64,000 nucleotides of DNA from Prorocentrum cordatum (Eukaryota): the NCBI GenBank assembly GCA_963575745.1, contig CAUYUJ010000214.1, positions 1-64,000 on the forward strand, in the 5' to 3' direction. The notes under the pieces were generated by a model. The model had not been told where the DNA came from. It saw only the letters and a program-made list of their open reading frames with translations, and ran no database searches. Shown here in pieces: positions 1 through 13,011 of the stretch. How positions within the stretch are numbered: position 1 is the stretch's first letter; the number at the start of each line of letters is the position of its first letter. The position numbers were made by a program, and so were the translations under genes.

Positions 1-559
1 CCGAGGAAGCCCCCAGAGGACCCCAGAACACGCCCAGGAGGCCTCCAAAAGGCCATGAGAACGTCTGGCAAATTTTGTGAGGCCCCCAGGGGCTCTCCAA
101 GGAGGAGCCCCCGCAAAAAAGAACTGAGGAGGATGGGGAGAATGCGCGGGGTGTGGCCAGAATGAAGCAACAGAAGCATGGAGGAAGGATAACGAATAAC
201 ATTATGATAACGACGATGCCGGAAAATGGATCAAGGAGTTATCGCTAAATTGCCGGTTTGACCTTCCTGCCACCCCGCCTGCATGCCGAATTTTAAGGAC
301 CATGGTGCATGGCGCGAAGCGCCAATGCAGTCTTGTATATAGATATATATCGTCCAAAATCCGCCTGAAGAGGACATGCCCGACCTAAACCTAAGCCGAG
401 ATCGAGGACACCCGCCAGGACTGCGCAGCCCACATCCTCGGAGAACTCCTGCGGCCTCCGGTGCGCACAGCTCGGGCCTCCGGCCCCCGCCGGCCGGCGT
501 TCGCTTCGGGCCCCCCCCGGACCGCTCTCTGTCGGCGAGGCGCAGCTGCGGTCGCTCGC

Positions 560-1780
560 AGGCTCTGTTTCTCTGTCGGCTCGCCTATAGGCCCACTCGG
601 GGGCAGACAGAACCCCCAACAGTGACACGTCGATTAGTGAATTGTCCGTTTTCGGCTCTCGAGAGGGCGCCGCGGCCGTTATTTTCCAGGCTTGCGCCCG
701 CCAGGTTTGGACCTCAGGTCGTTTTCACAAAACCACGTTTTACTAAAGGGAGGTCTGTCCATCTCCGACCCACCGAAGAATGCTCTAAGAACCTGCTGTG
801 GCCTTCGCGAGATGCTCTTTAAAAGCATTTCTGGCCGAGGCTGCCTTGCTTTAACGCATCGGGTCAATGTTATGAAGACGTTGTTCTGGTTGTTTGAGAA
901 CTTGTGGGTTCTAAGAGCATGTCGTGGTGGGCCTATAGGAGTGCCGGGACGGTCGGTCCCTGCTCAAGCTGGACAGCACTCCCGCGGCTGGAAAACCTCA
1001 GAGAAACCCAGCGAGCGCGACGTCCGAGAACCTCGAGCCTCGATTCCGAGGAAGTCGGGCTGTAGTCCCATCCTCCGACCCCGCCCATCCGGACCCCCTC
1101 TGGGAGGCCTCTGGAGATCGGGGGTGGACAGACCTCCTACCCTGACTTTTTGTTCGGCGGGTCGAGAGCGGGCCTCTTCCGGTTAAGAGCTAGGCGGGGC
1201 GCGCAAAGCACTAATTGGGGAGACAGGGCGCACCTCCTACCCTGACACGTCGATTAAGGAATTGGCCGCTTTCGCGTCGCGGCCGTCATTTTTGCGGGTC
1301 CAGGTCCGTCGGTTTTAGTCCCAGGCCGTTTTCCCTAAGGGGAGGTCTGCTAAAGGGAGGTCTGTCCACCGCCGAGGAGATATGTGTAAGGCCGGCGACT
1401 TCTAAGAAGCAGCCCTCTTCTAAGAAGCCCTCCCCCCTCCCTCCACCCCCTTGTGCGCGCCGCCAATAGTCCGATCCTCCGACCCCGCCCACCCGGACCC
1501 CACCTGGGAGGCCTCACTAAGGGGAGGTCTACTAAAGGGAGGTTTGTCCACCGCCGAAAAAAAGCACATCCCGGCCTTTTTCCCTGATTGGCCGCCCAGG
1601 CCCGTCAGTGGGCCCCAGAACCACCAAAGCGGACCTGGGGCGAGAGGCTACAGTGGGGGCCCATGCCAAGAGATACCCTGCTCGCTTCGGGGTGCCCTGG
1701 GTTTCGTCCCAGGCCGTTTTCACTAAGGGGAGGTCTGCTACAAAGGGATGCCTGTCCACTGCCTCTGGAGCTCTGGGGCC
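560..1780. repeat. Composite dispersed-repeat cluster
   Basis: CTAAGGGGAGGTCTGCTAAAGGGAGGTCTGTCCAC-like motif at ~743, 1335, 1517, 1723. GACACGTCGATTA at ~624 and 1245. ATCCTCCGACCCCGCCCA..GGACCCC..CTGGGAGGCCTC at ~1070 and 1474. Confidence 0.75.
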
Positions 1781-1914
1781 TTCTCTTCCTGGCGCGGCGG
1801 GGCGCCCAGCTCGGCGCGCCGCCCCGCCGATCGAGCGGAGGGGGGCGCCCGCCGCCCCGCCGGGCCGCGGGCAGGCGCCGAGCGGGGGCGCCGCTCGGCC
1901 AAAGTCGACGTCAA

Positions 1915-1974
<60 letters not shown>

Positions 1975-2019
1975 TGTTGTCGTCGTCGTCGTGGAAGATT
2001 CGTTTCTGGAGAGTGACGG

Positions 2020-3060
2020 TCCCTGGTCCATGGGAACGGCTCTGTTCGCTCTCACCTCGACGGCTGCATGTTCTCTGAAGGCGACGCTCCCGAACGAGCG
2101 CGGGCTTCGCTCCAACGCTACGGCTTCGACGACAATGGCTCCCGCTCGATACGTCCTCGTAAGAGACGCCCTGGCCAGAGAGGCCCCCCAATTCAGGAAC
2201 GGCGCGTTCGAGATTTTTTCACAAGTTACTCAAATTGGGGAAAGCCCAGCTACAACGCGAAGGGCTCCCGCTCGATGCTTCCTTGTATCATTTATTCGAG
2301 ACGCCCTGGCCAGAGGCCCTCGAATGCAGGAACGGCGATCTAGCCAGAGATTTCCGTGCAAACCAGTTAGATTTGTGAAGGCCCAGCTACAATAACAACG
2401 GCTTCCGCTGGATACTTCCCCAGAGTTTACCCAACGATGCCTTGGCCATAGAGGTCCCCAAACTCGGGAACGACGCTCTCGCTCGAGACATCCTCGCGCA
2501 AATCATTCAAATTAGTGAAGGCTGGGCTGCGACGACAATGGCTCCCGTGGGATACTTTTTCGTAATGTGTATTGAAACGCCCTAGCCAGAGAAGCTCAAC
2601 TTGGGAACGGCGGTCTCGCTCGAGACTTCTTCGAACAGACAAGTTTGTAATGGCCCAACTGCGACGACACCCGCTCCTGCTCGATACGTCCTCACAGTTT
2701 ACCCCGAGACGCTGTAAATAGAGATGCTACACAACCTCAAGAACGGCGCTTTCAATTAAGTCTGGAAAATACCCGCTGCAACGAATACTGCTCTCGTTCG
2801 ATGTCCCCTCAACCCCAAGACGCCATTGCCACAGAGGTCTCCAATGGAGGAGCGGCGCTCTCCCCCGCGACTCCCTCGCAAGTCACGTAGGTTGGTGCAG
2901 GCTTGGCTGCGACGACACCAGCTCCCGCTCGTTAGCTCCACACGCTTTTACTCCAAGACGCCCTTGCCAGAGAGGCCCCTAGTAGGAACGGCGCTTTCGC
3001 TCGCGTTTTCCTGGCAGGGCATTCAAGCTGGCGAGTTGCCCGCGGGCGCTTCAGCTCGCA
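2020..3060 (+). repeat. Degenerate minisatellite, ~130 bp unit, about 7 copies
   Basis: GGCTCCCGCTCGAT-like motif at ~2137, 2263, 2400, 2540, 2672, 2789, 2920, with GAGACGCCCTGGCCAGAG and GAACGGCGCTCTCGCTCGAG. Related fragments at ~38620-38700 and 41610-41890. Confidence 0.8.
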
Positions 3061-3705
3061 TTGCGGCCATGGCGGTGCGGTGCGGAAACAGAGTGCACTG
3101 CTGAATGCTTTCCCCAGGAGCAAGGCTGAAAAACAGGCCCCCCCCAAGGGGATTGGCTCACAGTCCATTAGCGGGCGGGGGCAAGGGAGAGGGAGAAACT
3201 GTTCTACATCGCAGCGCGGCAGAGGCCGTCCGCATGCGCGTCCAGGCAGCAGCCCGGGCTGCGGTGCAGCGATGTGGCCCGCACGAGAGAGGACAAGGGG
3301 AAAAGCAGAGGGGCGGCCGCAGACGGAGGGCGGGAGCAGAGGGCGCCCTCGCGCCTCAGGGCCGCGGGGGGCGCGCGGGGCGGCCAGGCCACAGGATGGC
3401 CTCTGGCAGCGTGCGCGGGGCGGCATCGCGGGCGCACCCACGGGGAGGAGCCGGCGGCTGCGGTGCGCGGCGGGGGGCACAGCGAGTGGGGGCTGCGGGG
3501 GCGGCGGGCCGCCGGGCTGGCGGGCTGGGGGGCGCGGGGGGGGGGGGGCGGGGCAGGTGGTGGCCGCGCGCGGCAGCTGTGGTGGGCGGGGCGTGCAGCC
3601 CCGCGCCGGTGCGGCGTGGCGAGGCGCATCCGCAACCCTGGTAAAGGGAGGGCGGCGGGGCGGGGCGGGGGGCCAGGCAGAGCCCAGCGGCAGGAGGGAG
3701 CCAAG

Positions 3706-3734
3706 GCGCCCGGGAGAGGCAGAAACAAATGGAG
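3706..3734 (+). CDS. Candidate exon A of cryptic coiled-coil gene (ARERQKQME); 5' boundary uncertain (3677 or 3706)
   Basis: Ends ATG GAG|GTGAAA (GT donor, phase 0) and joins in frame to exon B at 8553. Confidence 0.35.
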
Positions 3735-3821
3735 GTGAAAACTGCTTTGGGGACTACCTGTTCGTAGGATCGTCGTCGTCGTCGTCATCGTCGTCGTCGT
3801 TGTCGTCGTCGTCGCCGTCGC

Positions 3822-3872
<51 letters not shown>

Positions 3873-4271
3873 GCTCGGCCGCGCTGTGGGCGCCGTGGCC
3901 GCGCCCAGGACCTGGAACGCCAGCGGCAGGAGCTGGAGCGGCAGGCGAGGGACGGCCGCCAGCGCGGCGGTGCTGCCGCGGACGACAAGGCGGGCGGGCT
4001 ACTCCTCTTTTTTGCCCCCCCCCCCCCCCCCTTCACCACGCCCCCACCTCCTCCTTCTCCTGCCACCTCGTCCATCTCCTCCTCCGCCCCCTCCTCCTCC
4101 TCTTCCTCCTCTCCTCCTCCTCGTCGTCTTGCGCCTCCTCCGCCTGCCCCCGCCTCCTCTTCCATCTTCTTCCTCCCCGTCCTCTTCCGTCTCCTCCTCT
4201 TCCTCCTTCTCCAAGTGCTTCTCCTCCTCCTCCTTCTGCTCCTCTATTTCTTATCCTTCCTTATAAATAAT

Positions 4272-5003
4272 TCCTCCCTGTCGCACCCCAGGCCCAGTCG
4301 GAAGGGCGGGCTGGGCGTTTCGCCTGAGATTTTCCTTACCATGTATGATCCTGAAGCTTAGAATTGGCAGCAGTTTCTCACATGGAGGGCGGGTGATTTT
4401 CAAAATGTGACTCTCACCTTAGGGACGTGCATCTCCGTGGTAGCACAGTGTAAGCGTTTCACGGATTGAGGGCGGGCGGTCTTCAAATGTGGGTCTCGCC
4501 ACAGTGCCGCGCGCATTCGTTTTCAAAGGTTGCAAAAGTTTCACAGACTGAGCGCGGGGGGTTTTCAACATGTGGCTCTCGTCTTAGCGCAGCCCACGTC
4601 TTAGCAAGTTGCAAGAGTTTCGCGGATTGAGGGCCGCTCCTTTCAAACATATGGTACTCGCCTTACCGCTACGCAAACTCGTCTTCAACATTCGCAGACG
4701 TGCCACGGATTTCCATGGCTGTCGTGCTAGAAGAACGTGTTTTGGAACGGCTCAGGATTGTCATAGCACAACGGTTACGTTGATTTGCGGTGTTGAGGTC
4801 TTAGGGTGGCGTTCTAGTGCGATTCAGGATCGCCAATACGCAACAGTCAGGTTTTTCGTGGCGCTGGAGTCCAGAGAACGGTGTTTCGGCACGCTTCAGG
4901 ACCTTCAAACGGCTGTTCCCCAACGGGGCACTCTCTTCGGTGGAATGAGCTTGGCGGGAGGGGGTATTCCAACATCGTTCATGAGTCTTGGGTGTGCAGT
5001 GGT
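4272..5003 (-). mobile_element. Family A non-autonomous dispersed element with internal ~83 bp tandem units
   Basis: Reverse complement matches 11936-12775 at both ends (GACCAcTGcAcACCCAAG head; CAGGCGAAACGCCC..GGGGTGCGACAGGGAG tail). Bounded by CCT runs. Confidence 0.75.
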
Positions 5004-5699
5004 CCTCCTCCTCCTCCTCCCTCGTTTTTCTCCTCCTACTCCTTCTCCTCTCCCTCCGCCCAGTAGGGTGTGGCAGTTCTCAGAACCCGCCTGGAGCGCG
5101 GTCCTTTGGCCTCCCCAGGACCCGCCCCCAAAACCCCTCTTGAGGGATTTTTAGTGGGAGAGTTTTTGGGCGTCTCCGCTCCCCCCAGGACCCCTCCCTT
5201 CAGTTTTTAGTTTTTTTGGGTGGGGGGGGGGGTGGGGGTGTCTCCGCCCCCTCAGAACCCCCCGAAAACAATCCTTTGATTTGGGGGGGGGTCCCGAAAA
5301 CCATCCTTTGAGGTTTTTTTTGTTGGGGTGGGGGGGTTTCTCCGCCCCCCCCCCCAGGAGAGAGATGGTGTTGGCGTGGCCCGTTGGGTGTTTGTGAGGC
5401 CTGGTGGGTATTTGTACTGCCAGGGGTGCTCTGGAGCTTTAAAATCGTGGCTTGCAGGCACAGGCCCAGACCCCCACCCATGAAGACAAAGCGCATACGA
5501 CGAGCCTCTGGGGGCCTCTGACGAGCTCCTTGGGTTCTCCATAGAGCTCGTGGGGCCTCTGTAGAGCTTCTGGCGGCCTTCGAAGAGCCTCTTGGGGCCC
5601 AGAATGGTCGCGACAATGATGTTATCGAAGAACCAGCCAGCTCCTTTCTCAACGTGTTGATCCGTTGCAAAGAAGCGAGTGCTCTCTTCAACGTGTGGG

Positions 5700-6190
5700 G
5701 ATGGTGGTGGTGGTGACGGACGTCGACGACGATGATGCTGGTGGTGGTGGTCGTAGTGGTGCTTGTGGCGATGATGATAGTGTTGATGCTGCTGCTGCTA
5801 ATGATGATGATGATGATGCTGATGATGATGGTGATGGAGATGATGGCGAGGGTGACGATGACCATGAACATGACGGTGGCAGTGATGATGCTGCTGAGGA
5901 TGATGATGACGAGTGCGATGATGACAATGACGATGATCATGAGTGTGATGATGACGGCGATACTAATGATGCTGCTGGTGATGGTGATGGTGATGGTGAC
6001 TGTGATGATTTTTTTTATGTTGATGTCTTTGATGATGATGATGAAGATGAAGAAGGATATTATGATGATGAGGTTGTTGATCATGTTGACGATGAGGAGC
6101 TGGTGGAAGAGGTGGAGGGGGGTGATGATGATTATGCTGATGATGATGGTGATGCTGCTGCTGCTGATGATGATGATGATTCTGATGAGG
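5700..6190 (+). repeat. Degenerate (GAT)n field
   Basis: Phase-conserved GAT/GCT/GAC/GGT triplets. Confidence 0.95.
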
Positions 6191-7024
6191 GCAAAGGGCG
6201 CGCTGGAGGACGAAGAGGAGGAGGAAACGGAAATACGAGGCCGAGCGAGAGCTCGGAAGAGGATGAGCAGGAGGAGGCAGGAGGCGGAGGAGGCCAGGGA
6301 TGGGGGCAGGAGGAGCATGCAGAAGGAGGGGCTGACAGGAAGGGAAGCAGGAGGAGGAGGAGGAGTGGGCAGGAAGGTAAGCAGGAGGAGTATGCAGCGT
6401 GCAGGATGAGCATGCAGAAGGAGGATCATGGTGCGGAGGACGAAGATTTGGACCAGGAGGGACAGGAGCAACAATGAACGATGAGGATGAATGAGAAAGG
6501 AGGAGGAAGGGGAAACGGTAGGAGCGAGAGGGACTTTCGTGGCCACAGCCTGGACAAGTCGGCCAGGGTGGTGTCCCCCTGCGGCATGATGGTTCTGTAA
6601 TGTCACGGCGCATGCATCTGATATTCAGCTTCGGGCCATGTCGCCCTGGGCGTGATATCAGGACATGCTGACGCATTTCTCCCCTCTCGCTTCCTCCCTC
6701 TGTCCATCTTCGTCCTGGACCGTACGAGCTTGGCGGAGTCCCCTTCCCATCGTTTGGGAAGCTAGCAGTTTTCGTCATCGGGGTCTCCTCGGGGCCGAAC
6801 CAAGAAATACACGTGCATAAGCGTGCGTCGCCGCGTCGTTTGTTGCGGCCCGCAGCCTTCCATTATGGCGAGGTCGCCGCGGCTACCAGGACAAACTCCA
6901 GCTCGGACGCAGGGCTTGCCGTGGGGTTTGCCGCGGTGCCGGCTGCGACTCCTTGAGGCGCGGGACACTGGATTTGCCGTGGGTTTGCCGTGGGCGCGTC
7001 GATAAAAAACGGCGCCGCGACGCG

Positions 7025-7583
7025 CACACACATACATACTCCGGGGGTGCAAACATACACGCACGTACATACACGTACACATACACATAGACACATACAG
7101 ACATATACATGTATACACATGTACACATGACTATGCGCATACATATACATATGCTCGTGCATTTGCATTTACATATAATACATGCATAATGCAATTGCAT
7201 ATACACATACATAGCCGTCTGCATATATGTATACAATCACGTCTAAATTTGCAAGCGCATATCCATACGCATGCACATATACATGTACACATACACATAC
7301 TATGCATGTCCATATTTATATTCCGATCCGTATCCATATCCACATCCATGCACATACCCATACACATACACATGCACGCATACTCATATATATATATATA
7401 TACGTAAATACATACATGCACACCGACCTACCTACCTACCTACCTATCGACTTACCTAGCTACCTACCTATCTACCCACGTACCTACCTACTTACCTACA
7501 TTCCACCTACCTTCGCACCTACATACATCTATATACATACACAACCGTGCATGCATACACCCATCCATACATACATACATACA
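7025..7583. repeat. Degenerate (CA/TA), (TACA)n and (CCTA)n microsatellite
   Basis: Directly visible. Confidence 0.9.
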
Positions 7584-7828
7584 TTCGGCACCAAACGCAA
7601 ATTTTTGTTGTCGATCGACGCGCGAAGCGCGGTCCCCTTGGTAAGTTTTGTTGTGTTTGCAGTCGCCTGTGTCGGCACGAACGTTGACCTGCTTGGGTCC
7701 TTGGGCGCCGCCACGTCGCGGGAAAACTTTGCGTTGGATTTAGAGGGGGGATGTGGGCCCTGGACTTGGTGGACCAGCAGGCCCCTTTCCTCGCGGTCCC
7801 TTCGTTTTCAAGGGCTTCACCAACCACA

Positions 7829-7962
7829 CGTGGCAGGGAATGAACATACCCCCCAAAAGGGGGTGCGATCGCAGACAAAGAGGGCGGGTATCCAGGGTTT
7901 GGGATATGCATATTGAATAACACGCGAGCAGATAAGATAAGAGCGAACAGTCTTAAATTGAT
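7829..7962 (+). repeat. Family J short dispersed element, copy 1 (~135 bp, followed by (GTT)n)
   Basis: AGGGTTTGGG..CACGCGAGCAGATAAGAGCGA..GTCTTAA shared with 38928-39060, 41403-41512 and 42290-42398. Confidence 0.7.
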
Positions 7963-8552
7963 TGTTGTTGTTGTTGTTGGTGTTGTTGTCGTTGTTGTTG
8001 TGTTTTGTTGGGGGGCGTTTGCTTCTTTGCTTGTTGCGACGCGTGGAGGGCTGGGCCTGCTCTCCCTCGGGAAGGTGGCGGGCGACGACGGTGACGATGC
8101 CGACGACGACGCCGACGACAACGGCGACGACAGACGACGGCGGGCGACGACAGACGAGGGCGACGACGACGAAGACAAGACCACGACGAAGACGACGATA
8201 AGCGACGGCGGACGATGCCAGACGACGGCGACAACGGCGACGACGACGACGCGGACGGGGACGAGGACGGAGACGAGCAAAAAGACGAGGACGTGGACGA
8301 GGACGACGACCAAGACGACTACCACGACGAGGACGACGATGACGACGACGACGAGGTTCAGGAGGACGAGGGGGACAAGGACGAGGACGGGGACGAGGAT
8401 GAAGACGAGGACGACGGACGACGACGCAGAAGACGACGACGACGAGGACGAGGACGGCGACGACGATGACCAGGACGAGGACGAGGGCGAGGACGTCGAC
8501 GAAGACGACGGGGAGGAGTGCCATGGCCGCAGCGTGCGCGGGGCCCCGCCAG

Positions 8553-8588
8553 GAGGTCAGGGCCCTGAGGCAGTCTGTGCAGGAGCTG
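8553..8588 (+). CDS. Candidate exon B (EVRALRQSVQEL)
   Basis: Unique island between (GAC)n and (GAT)n fields. CCGCCAG|G acceptor and CTG|GCCTGG GC donor, phase 0/0. Confidence 0.5.
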
Positions 8589-8649
8589 GCCTGGGCGCGC
8601 GCCAAGCTCAGGGGAGAGGGGGGAGGAGAGGGGATTGCAGAGGGAGGGA

Positions 8650-8780
8650 TGAGGCTCATGATTATTGTTATGACTATGTCTATGTTGATGATGATGCTGA
8701 TGACGATGCTGACGATGACGCTGGCAATAATAACGAGGCTGATGCTGATGCTGAGGTTGATGATACTGATGCTGATCATG

Positions 8781-8822
<42 letters not shown>

Positions 8823-10592
8823 CTGATGATGATGATGATGATGCTGATGATGATGATGATGATGATGATGATGGGGAAGACGATGGTACTGATGCTGATG
8901 ACGGTGAATCTGGTGGTGGTGATGGTGATATACGTGCTGTTATTGTTGATGTTGATGATGATGCTGATGATGGCTATGTTGATGTTGCTGATGACGACGA
9001 TGATGATGCTGATGATGAGCACGATTGTATTTCTGGTGATGCTGATATGGGTGGTGATGACGACGATGCTGACCACGACGGTAATGATGACGACGATGGT
9101 GATGCCGATATTGATGATGCTGATGATGATGACGCTAATGAGAGCGCGGCTGCTGCTGATGATGATGATCCTGCGGTTCATGATGATGGTAATGGTGCTC
9201 AATCTGATGATTATGATGCTGCTGATGATGCTGATGCTATTGCTGCTGATGTGGGGGATACTGCAGATGAAGATGATGATGATGCTGCCGCCGATGATGA
9301 TGCTGCTGATGCTGTTGATGATGACGACGGTGCTGGTGATGATGATGATGCTGATGGTGAAGCTGCTGCTAATTATGACGATGAGGACGATGACGTTGCT
9401 GATTATGCTGCTGATGATGATGCTGGTGATGATGACGCTGATGCTGACGATTATGACGATGATGCTGATGTTGTTGATGCTGGTGGTTATGTTGATGATG
9501 CTGATGCTGATGATGATGCTCATGATGCTGATGATGCGGGTGATGGCACTGATGGTGGTGGTGTTGCTGCTGCTGATGCTGCTGCTGCTTATGCTGATGA
9601 TATTGATGACGATGATGATGATGCTGATCGTGATGCTGATGATGATGCTGATGATGTTGATGATGATGACGCTGATGCTGTTGATGATGCCGATGATGGG
9701 GATGCTGATGGTGCTGATGATGATGACGGTGACGATGAATATGATGATGATGCTGATGCTGCTGCTGCTGATGATGAGTGTGCTGATGACGATGATGATG
9801 CCGATGCTGTTGATGATGATGTTGATGATGCTGCTGCTGATGATGCTGATGTTGATTATGATGATGATGCTGATGATGATGATGATGATGTTGATCATGA
9901 TGCTGATCATGATTATGCTGATGATGATGAGGCTCTTGCTGCGGCTGATGCTGCTGATGATGCTGGTGCTGATGATGCTGATTTTGTTGATTATGATGAT
10001 GAGGATGATGCTGATGATGCTGATGCTGATGATTTCGATGAAGATGCTGATGGTGATGATGGTGATGATGATGGTGATGATGATGCTGATGATGATGATG
10101 ATGACGATGATGATGATGATGATGATGATACTGATGCGGGTGATGATGCTGATGCTGATGATGATGATGATGCTGATGATGTTGATGATGACGGTGATGA
10201 CGGTTATGGTTGTGGTGATGCTGCTGCTGGTGCTGCCGCTGCTGCTGCTGATGATGTTGATGATGACAATGATGGTAATGCTGACGGTGATTCTGATGAT
10301 GATGATGCTGATGCTGATAATGCCGATGCTGATGATGCTGACGATGAGGATGCTGATGATGCTGATGCTGACGACGATGACGTTGAAGACGATGCTGCTG
10401 CTGATGCTGATGATGCTGATGACAATACTGATGGTTATGATGATGTTGATGATGATGTTGATGATGATGCTGCTGATGCTGATGATGTTGATGATGCTGT
10501 TGATGCTGATGACGGTGATGCTGATTCCGATTATGATTATGATGGTGATGATGCTGTTGATGGTGAGCATGATCATGATGCTGATGCTGCCA

Positions 10593-10630
<38 letters not shown>

Positions 10631-10837
10631 CATGATGATGATGATGATGATGATGATTATTATTATTGTGATGATGATGACGATGATGATGAGGATGATG
10701 ACGACGATGATGATGCTGCTGATGATAACGATTATGATGATGCAGATGCTGATGACGGTGATGATGATACTGATGATGCTGATGCTGATGCTGATGCTGA
10801 TGCTGATGATGATGATGATGATGACGACGACGACGAC

Positions 10838-10897
<60 letters not shown>

Positions 10898-10898
10898 A

Positions 10899-10934
<36 letters not shown>

Positions 10935-10980
10935 GTGATGCTGATGTTGATGATGATGCTGCTGCTGCTGATGCTGATGG
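8650..10980 (+). repeat. 2.3 kb degenerate (GAT)n field, followed by (GAG)n to ~11257
   Basis: Directly visible; source of the poly-D/M/I/H pseudo-ORFs. Confidence 0.97.
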
Positions 10981-11259
10981 TTCAGGAGGAGGCGGAGGCG
11001 GGACATAATTATGAGGAGGAGGAGGGGGATGAGGAGGAGGAGGTGGAGAAGGAGCAGGAGGAAGGAGGAGGAGGCGGAGGAGGAGGAGGAAGAGGAGGAG
11101 GAGGAGCAGGGGGAAGAGGACGGAGAGGAGGAGGAGGAGGAGGAGGAGGAGGAGGAGGAGGAGGAGGAGGAGGAGAAGGAGGAGGAGGAGGAGGAAGAGG
11201 AGGAGGAGGAGGAGGAGGAGGAAGGGGAGGAGGAGGGGGAAGGAGGAGCAGGAGGAGAA

Positions 11260-12775
11260 TTTTCAACAATCCTGGATCGCGCCAGAGCGCAGTCTCGGGA
11301 TTTCAACACAGCGAATGTAGCTGCGCCCGAAAAAATCCAGAATCCTTCCAATATGCATTTCTTGGGACTTGATCATGCGAGCCCGTGAAATTCTTGCACG
11401 TGTTATAAATGAATGCGCGCGGCGCTAGGGCGAGATCCACATTTTGAAAAGGCGCCGCCCTCGATTCGCGAAGCTCTTGCACATTAGAAAACGAATGTGC
11501 GCGGCGCTATGGCGAGAGCCACATTTTGAAAACAATCCGCCCTCCATCGGTGAAGCTGCTGCAAATCTTAAAACGAATGCGCGCGGCGCTAAAGGCGAGA
11601 GCCACACTTTGAGAACCACCCGCCCTCCATCTGTGAAGCTGTTGTAAGTTCCTAAAACGAATGTGCGCGTTTCTACTGCGAGAGCCGGCCGCATTTCGAA
11701 CACCACCCGCCTTCCATCTGTGAAACTGTTGCCAGATTTTTACCCTTCAGGATCATAAGTGGTGAGGAAATCTTCAGCGAAACGCCCTGCCCGCCCTAAA
11801 CGCTGGCCTCGGGGTGCGATGGGGTGGAGTAATGTATGAGGAAATGGAATGGAGGGGGAGGAGGAGGAGGAGGAGGAGGAGGAGGAGGAGGAGGAGGAGG
11901 AGGAGGAGGAAGAGGAGAATGAGGAGGAAGAGGAGGACCAGTGTAAACCCAAGGGTCACCAACGATGTTGGAATTCGCCCTCCCCCCAAGCTGCCTCTTC
12001 ATAGGCCCTACGACGGCTCATTTCCACAGAGGGACTTGCCTCGTTGGAAGACAACTCCTTTGAAGACCCCGAAGCATGCCAGAACATAGTTCGCGGGATT
12101 CCAACGCCACGGATATACCTGACTGTTGTGTCTTGACGATCCTGAATCGTGCCACGACGCCCCTGGACTTCAACACTGCGAATCATGTTAACTGTTGCGC
12201 CCTCATAACCGTGAGTCCTTCCAAAACACGATGTCTGGTACGTCGATCCTGAGAATCCGTGACGCTCTTGCAAATGTTTAAACTAATGTGCGCGGCGCTT
12301 AGGCGAGAGCCACATTTTGAAAAGGAGCCGCCCTCAATCCGTAAAACTCTTGCAAATTTTGAATACGAATGCGCGCGGCGCTAAGGCGAGAGCCACATTT
12401 CGAAAAGGCACCGCCCTCAATCCGTGAAAATCTGGCAAATGTTTAAACGAGTGTGCGCGGCGCTAAGTCGAGAACCACATGTTGAATTTCGACCCGCCCT
12501 CAATCCGTGAAACAAACTTGCAATTTTTGAAGACGAATGTGCGCGGCGCTGAGGCGAGAGCCACATTTTGAAAACCACCCGCCCTCAATCCATGAAGTTC
12601 TCGCAAATTTTGAAACTGAATGTGCGCGGCGCTAGGGTGAGAGCCACGTTTTGAACATCACCCGCCCTCCATCTGTGAAACTGCTGCCGAACTTCAGGGT
12701 CATAAATGGTGAGGAAGTCTCAGGCGAAACGCCCGGCCCGCCCTAACAACGGGCCTCGGGGTGCGACAGGGAGAA
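11260..12775 (+). mobile_element. Two head-to-tail family A elements (11260-11830 and 11936-12775) separated by (GAG)n
   Basis: Unit GAATGTGCGCGGCGCTAAGGCGAGAGCCACATTTTGAAAA..CCGCCCTCAATCCGTGAA at 12303, 12386, 12468, 12554, 12637 (82-86 bp spacing). Both copies share the TGGTGAGGAA..GCGAAACGCCC..GGGGTGCGA tail. Confidence 0.8.
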
Positions 12776-12989
12776 GTTATGTAAAAGGAAAAGGAATCGG
12801 GGAGGAGGAGGAAGAAGAAGAAGAAGAGGAGGAGGAGGAATAATCATAAGATGGAGAAGAAAAGCAATACTAATAAAGCGAGCCAGATTCATAATACAAA
12901 TACTCATAGGAAGAAGAAGAGGAGGAGGAGGAGGAGGAGGAGGAGGAGGAGGAGGAGGAGGAGGAGGAGGAGGACGAGCAGGAGGAGGA

Positions 12990-13011
12990 TCCGTAGCCAT
13001 TATGGCTTAGG
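12990..13011 (+). other. Relic dinoflagellate spliced-leader (dinoSL) sequence
   Basis: TCCGTAGCCATTATGGCTTAGG versus the established dinoSL DCCGTAGCCATTTTGGCTCAAG: 19/22 identical, first 12 nt exact. Confidence 0.8.

Noticed and set aside
5600..5700. Protein-like island (NGRDNDVIEEPASSFLNVLIRCKE on +; LKRALASLQRINTLRKEL on -)
   Set aside because: The strand is ambiguous, there is no AG|G acceptor, and it is not needed for phase continuity; left uncalled.
7817..11372. Very long poly-D, poly-M, poly-I and poly-H ORFs (also 20510-23228, 28033-30938, 37028-38804, 56507-57805)
   Set aside because: They are open in several frames on both strands only because (GAT)n lacks stops in five of six frames; microsatellite artefacts.
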